Shown here one piece after another: positions 49,041-56,236 of a stretch of DNA of 64,000 nt. Position numbers and translations under genes: made by a program. Each line of letters opens with the position of its first letter. Within the stretch, counting starts at the first letter, position 1. The notes below the pieces were generated by a model. That model was given only the letters and a program-made list of their open reading frames with translations. It made no database searches and was not told where the DNA came from. This DNA is from Minisyncoccia bacterium (GTDB lineage: Bacteria; Patescibacteriota; Minisyncoccia; Phycocordibacterales; UBA9973). The stretch spans positions 35,776 to 99,775 of the forward strand of contig JBGATK010000001.1 of assembly GCA_044229265.1 (NCBI GenBank). Direction: 5' to 3'.

Positions 49041-49229
49041 ATGTCCTTTATCAAAATGTCTTTTAAATAGACAATTTCCTAAAATATCCTTTAAAATCAA
49101 GACAAAATGATAAAAGACTATAAATTTTCACACTTTTCATTAATTCTTTCACGTGAAACATATTAAATAGTTTCATCTGAAACATTATAAAGATATGCTG
49201 TTTAATTAAAGAATAAGGCTTACTATTTT

Positions 49230-49655
49230 ATGCCAAAAGTATTTACTTCTAAAACTCAACAAACAGGTGAACTAGGAGAAAACATTGCTTGTAAGTTTCT
49301 CATGAAACAAGGTTTCGCTATTGTTGAAAGAAATTATACTAAAAAGTGGGGAGAAATAGATATTATTGCTAAAAAAGAAGAAAAACTCTATTTTATTGAG
49401 GTAAAAAGTGTTTCCAGAGAGGTCTTACCTGTAAAGGACACTAAAAATAGTGTATCGGACATAAATGGAGAATACAAAGCAGAAGATAATATGCATCCTT
49501 GGAAATTAAAACGTCTATCAAGGACAATACAAACATATTTACTGTCTAAAAATGTTTCAGATGAAACAGATTGGCAATTAGATCTTTTAATTGTTTATTT
49601 GGATTTAAATAACAAAAAAGCACGTATAAAAATAATCAACGATATAATTTTATAG
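49230..49655 (+). CDS. yraN: YraN-family PD-(D/E)XK endonuclease-like protein
   Basis: GELGE.IA..FL...G..I.ERN....GEIDII....L.FIEVK. Confidence 0.9.
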   Translation: MPKVFTSKTQQTGELGENIACKFLMKQGFAIVERNYTKKWGEIDIIAKKEEKLYFIEVKSVSREVLPVKDTKNSVSDINGEYKAEDNMHPWKLKRLSRTIQTYLLSKNVSDETDWQLDLLIVYLDLNNKKARIKIINDIIL

Positions 49656-49666
49656 ATAATTATCTG

Positions 49667-49737
49667 TGCGGGATAGGGGAATCGAACTCCTAACCTCAGT
49701 TTGGAAAACTGATGTTTTACCATTAAACTAATCCCGC
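49667..49737 (-). tRNA. tRNA-Gly(TCC)
   Basis: GCGGGAT...TCAGT-TT-TCC-AA-ACTGA...GTTCGATTC...ATCCCGCA. Confidence 0.95.
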
Positions 49738-49767
49738 CTTCGCTAAAGCTTCGTCGGGCAGGCCCGC
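49733..49767 (+). repeat. Family-A hairpin element at the 5' end of tRNA-Gly(TCC)
   Basis: CCCGCCTTCGCTAAAGCTTCGTCGGGCAGG followed by a second CCCGC. Confidence 0.75.
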
Positions 49768-49781
49768 AAAAAACTCTAGTG

Positions 49782-49852
49782 TCGGGCCGCCGCGAATCGA
49801 ACGCGGTCTAAACGGTCCCAAACCGCTTGTACTACCGGTATACTACGGCCCG
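49782..49852 (-). tRNA. tRNA-Pro(TGG)
   Basis: CGGGCCG...AGCGG-TT-TGG-GA-CCGTT...GTTCGATTC...CGGCCCGA. Confidence 0.93.
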
Positions 49853-49944
49853 ATGTATATTTTCAATACTGAACAAAGAATATTCTAGCATAGAAATATT
49901 AATTTTGCCAAATAAAAAAGCCCTAAAGGGAAAAGGGCTTTAAA

Positions 49945-50730
49945 TCAAACTAATTGAGTATTAATTTTAATTTCAAATTTAATAATTCCTAACCAGCGTA
50001 GGAATCTAAGAATTTGAAAGAATGGATCAATTTCACCTTTCTTTACAGCAAAATTTGCACGTTCTGGATGTTTATGATGATTATTTTGAAACCACTCACC
50101 GCCAAGTGCAAAATCAGCATGGAGAACATTTTGTGAATCATCCTCTAATTCAAAATTTCTATAACTAAGCAAGCTTTTTTTGTGTCCATACCAATTTACT
50201 AGAGAGCCTTGTATAGCACCAGAAAAAATATTTAGTAAAATCAGGGGCCAAAGCCACACAGTAGGGCAGAACATGTAGTATAAATAAATGTACAAAAATA
50301 TAAAACCATACATGGAAATACTACTATTTGCAATATTTTCAAAATCTGGCCAACTAGGAAATTTTTTGTCTTTCCAAAGCTTTATTAAGCTGCTTTTACC
50401 TTTATTTATTTCTTCTAAAATTTTTAAAGCTCTGTGCATCATACGCACAACGTCAAAGAAAAAACTTTTCCAAAATCTAGGCGAATGTGGATCGCCTTTT
50501 TCATCAGAATGTAAATGATGTGTTAAATGCATTATTGCATAAGATTTCGGGCACATATAAGCTGAGCCCATGGTAAGATAAGTCTTAATCCAAAATAACT
50601 TTTCCCAAAATAAATTTGTAAAAGATATGGATTTGTGAGTAGCGTATCGATGAATAAAAACACTATGATAAAAAAGCGTTATTCCATACCAAAATACACC
50701 AAAAATCAAGAAAAATAAAAAAGGAGTCAT
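49945..50730 (-). CDS. Membrane acyl-CoA/acyl-lipid desaturase (delta-9-like)
   Basis: His boxes HRYATH, HLTHH and QNNHH; DPHSP; VNW.GH. Confidence 0.9.
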   Translation of the reverse strand: MTPFLFFLIFGVFWYGITLFYHSVFIHRYATHKSISFTNLFWEKLFWIKTYLTMGSAYMCPKSYAIMHLTHHLHSDEKGDPHSPRFWKSFFFDVVRMMHRALKILEEINKGKSSLIKLWKDKKFPSWPDFENIANSSISMYGFIFLYIYLYYMFCPTVWLWPLILLNIFSGAIQGSLVNWYGHKKSLLSYRNFELEDDSQNVLHADFALGGEWFQNNHHKHPERANFAVKKGEIDPFFQILRFLRWLGIIKFEIKINTQLV

Positions 50731-50840
50731 AATATTTTAATTTAAATTTTCAAGAACTAAAACCATCTCTGAAATTATAACACAATGCTAAATCTAAAAA
50801 ATTATTTGCAATAAATATAAAAATATGGAAAACTATCGAT

Positions 50841-51044
50841 ATGGAACACGAAACTTTTTGGGACCTCTTTAATAGTGCTGCGCATTGGCAGTTTGAGATC
50901 TTTTTAATCATTATTTTTGATGGTATTATTGGTTTACTAATTTGGCCAAAAATTAAAAAATGGTTTACTCATCATGAAGAAGACGATGCAAAAATAGCTT
51001 CACTAGAAAAAAGGCTAGATATGTTAGAAAGAAAAGACAAATAA
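50841..51044 (+). CDS. Small single-TM hypothetical protein
   Basis: AHWQFEIFLIIIFDGIIGLLIWP. Confidence 0.65.
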   Translation: MEHETFWDLFNSAAHWQFEIFLIIIFDGIIGLLIWPKIKKWFTHHEEDDAKIASLEKRLDMLERKDK

Positions 51045-51046
51045 TC

Positions 51047-51097
51047 TGGGCAAAATAAAAATCCTCTTACATTGTAGAGGATTTTTATTTTGCCCAG
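51047..51097. terminator. Long bidirectional terminator hairpin
   Basis: CTGGGCAAAATAAAAATCCTCT...AGAGGATTTTTATTTTGCCCAG. Confidence 0.75.
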
Positions 51098-52236
51098 CTA
51101 TTATCAAAACCCGGATTCTTTGCACCTCGAACTTCAAAGTGTAAATGCGGACCAGTCGAGCGACCAGTATTACCTACATAACCAATTACTTGACCTTGAA
51201 TAACTTCATCTCCAACACCTACAGCCAATTTGGATTGATGAGCGTAGAAAGTTTGAGTGCCATTTGGATGAGCAATAATTATAAGATTTCCATAAGCACC
51301 ATTCCATCCATATTTTGCAAAGATTACCTTACCCGAAGCTGCTGCATAAATAGGTGTGCCGATTTTACCGCAAGCTAAGTCCACAGCGTATGTATCATGC
51401 TTACCTTGAGTTTGGATACCACATTTAAGCGGTCTAATATAATAACCACCGGAAAACTTATTATTATCACTGGATTGATTTGTATTTGAAGGTTTCTTCG
51501 GAGCTATAGTTTCTACATGAATTTCAGCACCGGGGACGATTATTTCATCACCAATAGCGAGTTTAGCGTCTTCGTCCAAGTTATTAAATGCAAATATATC
51601 ATCTGGATCAACTTTGTAAAGTTTAGCAATACTTTTAATGGTTTGCCCTTTAACGACAATGTGTTTTACTCCAGAAATTGGCAAAATAATCAGGGCATCA
51701 CCTTCTTTTAATTTTTCACCAGCCTTAAGGCCATTTGCCCAAAGTATCGTATTATTTGTTACTCCGAATAGTTTAGCTATAGTGGGCACAGTATCACCCT
51801 TACGAACTACATATATACTTATATCTTCAGAAGTATAATCACCATCTTTGCCAGTAAGGGCTCCGAGAGGGCTAACTGTCGGTAAAAGGGCATTTTCTGA
51901 TAAAATGTTAATTTCTTTAGATTCATCAATCTTAGAGTCTTTGGAGTTTTTATCTTCTACAATAGAAGAGCTAGACACATTGGCTTGCAAAAGGTTCAGG
52001 TTTTGAGAATTTTGGTCTGAAACAGGCTCGGTTTCTTCAATTTCTTTTTCATCACTGCCAATGCCAAACAAATCAGCGAAGAATCCGGCTTGGGCTCGCG
52101 GTGGAAAAGCAAAAATCCCTATTGCGAGGAATAGAGTAAATATCTGAATAAATAAGGATATTTTAGAGATTTTTTTTATAAAACAATTTTGTATCGCAAG
52201 AAATCTATCTGGCTTCAGGCATAAATATGCGAACAA
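51085..52236 (-). CDS. LysM-LysM-M23 peptidoglycan endopeptidase
   Basis: YVVRKGDT..IA..FGV; H...D, YG....I.H, YAH, GNTGRSTGPHLHFEV; exact start uncertain. Confidence 0.92.
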   Translation of the reverse strand: MFAYLCLKPDRFLAIQNCFIKKISKISLFIQIFTLFLAIGIFAFPPRAQAGFFADLFGIGSDEKEIEETEPVSDQNSQNLNLLQANVSSSSIVEDKNSKDSKIDESKEINILSENALLPTVSPLGALTGKDGDYTSEDISIYVVRKGDTVPTIAKLFGVTNNTILWANGLKAGEKLKEGDALIILPISGVKHIVVKGQTIKSIAKLYKVDPDDIFAFNNLDEDAKLAIGDEIIVPGAEIHVETIAPKKPSNTNQSSDNNKFSGGYYIRPLKCGIQTQGKHDTYAVDLACGKIGTPIYAAASGKVIFAKYGWNGAYGNLIIIAHPNGTQTFYAHQSKLAVGVGDEVIQGQVIGYVGNTGRSTGPHLHFEVRGAKNPGFDNSWAK

Positions 52237-52395
52237 GCTTATACAGAACGACCATATGAATATGTGCTGTAAAAAATAAAGTTCTTACGAAATTACTGTC
52301 CTTCTAGCGTATCAGCCATGTAAACCCTGCTATCTATCTGTGTAAATTCATACTATCATAAAAACCATCCTAGCTCAATACTATGCAATAATTGC

Positions 52396-52404
52396 TGTGG
52401 ATAA
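52396..52404 (-). promoter_or_regulatory. Perfect DnaA box in the divergent promoter region
   Basis: TGTGGATAA. Confidence 0.45.
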
Positions 52405-52423
52405 GCAAAATGGGGTATAATTA

Positions 52424-54115
52424 ATGTATCTTATGAATCTAGATAAACACAACCCATCAAGAACCACTAAAATAAAAAAAATTGAGGAGGCTGAGGGCTT
52501 TGGACATATTGATAGTTTCGCAGATCTTAAAAACTCTTTAAATTTAGAAAAAAATGAACAAGGAGAAAAACCTACCGAAAACACAACAAAAGAAATTCTA
52601 GAGCGAGAAAAGGATGAGGCTCAAATTATCGAATGGCTAAAAAATGAAAAGATCGCGCAGATAGTAATTCATGGAGGCAAAAGAGAAAAAGGGGAAAATG
52701 GGGAAGATATTTGGGATTTAACTCCTGATTTAGATGCGCAAAGTGCTTCTATCTTTTTAAGTGAATACAATAAAAAGAAAGGTAAAGATCTTTACACAGA
52801 AAATGCTGTTTCTTCTATAGTACCAAAAGGCGGAAATGAGAAAGATTTAGATATAAATAAAGAAAAAGATGGTCTGCAAATTTGGCTAGATACTGGAAAT
52901 CGCTGGATGGAAGTAGAAAAGGACGGTGAAAAAAAGAAAATTTATTTTGATCATCATGGTGAAGGCAAAAAAAAATGGACTTCATCCACAGAAATGGTTT
53001 ACAACATGATGAAAAACGCAAATATACTAAAGGAAGAAAAGTGGATGAAAAATTATGTTCACAATTTAACCAGTTTTGATAACCTGGCTTATGCTTTCAG
53101 CAAAAAAGAACCTTGGACTACGGAAAAATTTCAACACGAATGGCCAAAAACACTAAACCATTTGGCTCGCGAAATGGAACCACTCGATGTTATAGAAATT
53201 TTCAAAAGAGGTATTGTTAGAAACTTTAACACTGAATTTACAGAAAAAGATTTAAATGGAGATATAAGCAAAATAGTATTAAAAAATGGAAGAACTCTAA
53301 AAGAACAAATTGAAAAAGAATCCAGTTTGGATCCAACAGTAAGTGAAGTTGCAAAAACTGAAGAAGCTATCCAAAATTCTGCTGTATATGCCATAAATGA
53401 AAAATTAGATATTACAGACACAAGAGTAGGTAATTTAATCTACAACAATATCCCAACAATAAATGGAAAAAGGAATATAATTCCTCATCATTTAGCATTC
53501 CTAGGAGCTAGAGCAAATAATTTTGATACTTATCTAATACTAAATCATCCTAAAGGTAAAGATAGAAATAGAACATTTTTTATAAATTCTAATTATCCAG
53601 GATTTGAAAAAGTATTAAAAAGATTAAAGAGACATAAAAGAATTAAACTTACCGACGTGCGTGGGGTAATGATTCACGGTGAGACAAACTTAACAGAAAG
53701 AGATTTTTTAGGAGAAATTGATCCAAAAATAATTGAAAATGCAAATTTTGCTAAAAATGGTGAACTCCGAAAAAATATCGAAAATGAAATATTAAAAAAA
53801 GAAAAAGCTAGAAATGAAAAAATTAATGAATCGGCGGAGAAAACAGAACCTGTGGTAGAAAAAGTAAAAGAAACAAAACCTGAAGCATTAGAAACTGCAC
53901 CTGTAGTAGAAGTAGAAAACAAAACAATAACTGAAGCAAAAGAAGAAAGTAAAATAGAAACAAAAACAGATATAGAAAAAGTACGCGAAGAAAAATTAAA
54001 AAAAATAGAGGAAATAAAAATTCGCGAAACAGAATTACAAACAAAAATTAAAGAGGTAGAAGCTAATCTGCAAAAAATTCTAGAAAAAATTGAGAAAATG
54101 GAGAAAAAAAATTAA
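52424..54115 (+). CDS. Protein with a DHH/MYG1-like phosphoesterase motif set and a C-terminal coiled coil
   Basis: IHG...DLD, DTG, FDHHG and SS.EMV in order. Confidence 0.5.
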   Translation: MYLMNLDKHNPSRTTKIKKIEEAEGFGHIDSFADLKNSLNLEKNEQGEKPTENTTKEILEREKDEAQIIEWLKNEKIAQIVIHGGKREKGENGEDIWDLTPDLDAQSASIFLSEYNKKKGKDLYTENAVSSIVPKGGNEKDLDINKEKDGLQIWLDTGNRWMEVEKDGEKKKIYFDHHGEGKKKWTSSTEMVYNMMKNANILKEEKWMKNYVHNLTSFDNLAYAFSKKEPWTTEKFQHEWPKTLNHLAREMEPLDVIEIFKRGIVRNFNTEFTEKDLNGDISKIVLKNGRTLKEQIEKESSLDPTVSEVAKTEEAIQNSAVYAINEKLDITDTRVGNLIYNNIPTINGKRNIIPHHLAFLGARANNFDTYLILNHPKGKDRNRTFFINSNYPGFEKVLKRLKRHKRIKLTDVRGVMIHGETNLTERDFLGEIDPKIIENANFAKNGELRKNIENEILKKEKARNEKINESAEKTEPVVEKVKETKPEALETAPVVEVENKTITEAKEESKIETKTDIEKVREEKLKKIEEIKIRETELQTKIKEVEANLQKILEKIEKMEKKN

Positions 54116-56196
54116 TGTCAGAGAAAATAAAAAAAGAAAATATAGAGGCAAATAAAGAATGGACCACAGAAGACGAGGAGACTCTGAATAATTTGCTCAT
54201 GCTTATAGAAAAAACAAAAGCTCGTATCGAAGAAATCGATAAGAAGTTAGAAACTTTAGAGACACAAGAAGAACAATCTATACCAGAAATTATAGAACAA
54301 GAAATAACTCAAGTTGAGGAAAAAATAGAAATAGTAAATGAAAAGATAATTGAAGAAAAAATAAATGAAAGCTTAGATGAAGAAAAAGATCCTGTAATAA
54401 AAACGAAAACAAAAAATAAAATCTTCAAAATCCCAAAATTTCTGAGAAGTAAACTTATGAAGTATATCGTCATTCCACTTGGTCTCGCTACTAGCGTAGC
54501 TAGTGTTTACCATACCCCTCAAGAATATTATGAGATGTTTAAAAATTACAAAGAAAGACATATAGATAAAAATGAAACTGATGACCCAAATATAGTGGGT
54601 ATTGATGAATTTTATGCTGATAAAGTAGACACAGAAAAAAGCACTATGGACTTTTTGGGTGAACAAAAAATTGATTACAAATTTGGATACTATCGATCTT
54701 CGGTATTTGATTTATCTGACAGAACTCCTCCTAAATTTAAAATAATAAATGGTAGAGAAAATTATTCAAAAATTGATTCTGCTGCAGGAATTACCACAAA
54801 TTTCTTTAAACCTTTTCAAAAATTTGGTGAATTTACTCCTGTATTGAAAGGTCACCAAGAAAAGAATACTGATGAAGCAAAAGGTGACATACCTGTAATT
54901 GGATATAATAAAAATAGCCAAACAATAAAGGCTGGACATTATAAAGAATTTAACGACGACTGGCTTGTATCAGAAACTTACGAAATACCTTTAAATTTTA
55001 AATTAAATGCTGACAGTACTATCAACTTAGCTTATCACGATCAAGCCATGAGGATGGTTCCCTTAACTACAAATGAACAAGGAAAACAAATACCTTTTCC
55101 GATAGGAATAACTTATGACAAGAAAATTAAAAATATCAAACCTGAAGATTGTACACGTTTTGGCACGCTAGAAGGAGGTAAGGTATTGATGTCATGCGGT
55201 GAAAAACAAGTGCAGGTTAATGGTAATTTTTCTGACATGTATCGTGTATATCAAAGATTACAAAAAGAAAATCCTGCAACCCCAATTCAAGCATATTTAC
55301 TAGACAATGGGTCCTATAATTTACCAATATGGGACAATGATAATATCATCACTAAAGAAGAAATAAATAGCCATTTACTTAGAAATAGAGATGGCGGTAC
55401 CGCCTTAGTCCTTATTAACGATGGCAAAATCTCTCCTTTCGAATATAAAAATAAATATAAAGAACAAGAACATTACACTATAAACTTCACGAAGGATTCT
55501 GTCACGGGTAAACCGGTAATAAATGAAAAGTCTGTTATTGTGTTACATCACACAGGGTATTACCCGAACTCAAGTACAATTATTAAACAATTTGAAAGTG
55601 ATACCACTATGGGAAATGCTCATGTTCTTATCTTGAAAGATGGCACTAGACATATATTCAATAATGATGATTATGTATTAGCTCATGCTGGTAAAAGCAA
55701 ATTTAATGGGAGAGATAAGGTAAATTTCTTTTCTATTGGAATTGAAATGGAAGGCGATTCTAGAGATAAAAATGCTTTTACAATAGCTCAAATAGAAAGC
55801 ATGCTTGAATATATTCGCCCGAGAGTAGAAAAATACAACATAAAATTTGATAATATTACTGACCACAAGCGAATTCGTGACAATTGGCTAAAAGCAAATC
55901 CGTCGGGTGTGGACGAAAAGGGTAATAAGGTTTTTGAAAAAGAGGATATGGATGATAAAGTTTGGCTACAATTACAAAAACTCATAAAGGAAAAGGTCTA
56001 TACAAAAACAGAAAATAAAGACTTAGGTATGAATGAACAGAAATTACTTGGAATGCTGGCTTTCCAAGATGAATACAGAAGAACTGCAGACTCCAAGCTA
56101 TCGCTATTAAAATCTAGTAAAATATTGAAAGATTGTGGCGTATCACAAAAATATATAAAGCAAGTTTTAAAAAATATAGAAAGTAAATTAGTTTAA
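54115..56196 (+). CDS. Membrane-anchored protein with a C-terminal N-acetylmuramoyl-L-alanine amidase (Amidase_2)
   Basis: Acidic coiled coil and TM; IVLHHT, AHV.I..DG, AHAG.S...G...VN..SIGIE.EG, FT.AQ, I.DH. Confidence 0.8.
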   Translation: MSEKIKKENIEANKEWTTEDEETLNNLLMLIEKTKARIEEIDKKLETLETQEEQSIPEIIEQEITQVEEKIEIVNEKIIEEKINESLDEEKDPVIKTKTKNKIFKIPKFLRSKLMKYIVIPLGLATSVASVYHTPQEYYEMFKNYKERHIDKNETDDPNIVGIDEFYADKVDTEKSTMDFLGEQKIDYKFGYYRSSVFDLSDRTPPKFKIINGRENYSKIDSAAGITTNFFKPFQKFGEFTPVLKGHQEKNTDEAKGDIPVIGYNKNSQTIKAGHYKEFNDDWLVSETYEIPLNFKLNADSTINLAYHDQAMRMVPLTTNEQGKQIPFPIGITYDKKIKNIKPEDCTRFGTLEGGKVLMSCGEKQVQVNGNFSDMYRVYQRLQKENPATPIQAYLLDNGSYNLPIWDNDNIITKEEINSHLLRNRDGGTALVLINDGKISPFEYKNKYKEQEHYTINFTKDSVTGKPVINEKSVIVLHHTGYYPNSSTIIKQFESDTTMGNAHVLILKDGTRHIFNNDDYVLAHAGKSKFNGRDKVNFFSIGIEMEGDSRDKNAFTIAQIESMLEYIRPRVEKYNIKFDNITDHKRIRDNWLKANPSGVDEKGNKVFEKEDMDDKVWLQLQKLIKEKVYTKTENKDLGMNEQKLLGMLAFQDEYRRTADSKLSLLKSSKILKDCGVSQKYIKQVLKNIESKLV

Positions 56197-56236
56197 TTGA
56201 TTTAGAAGCTACAAAAAGCTATTATTAATAAACAAT

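Larger units (their letters stand above)
48325..49568. promoter_or_regulatory. parS: Cluster of parS-like sites (consensus TGTTTCACGTGAAACA)
   Basis: 16-mers at 48325, 48373, 48600, 49145, 49169, 49294 and 49553, plus a degenerate one at 49409. Confidence 0.8.

Noticed and set aside
29547-49947. UGA recoding (genetic code 25)
   Set aside because: Long genes are intact in code 11, and TGA serves as the apparent stop of coaE and the desaturase.
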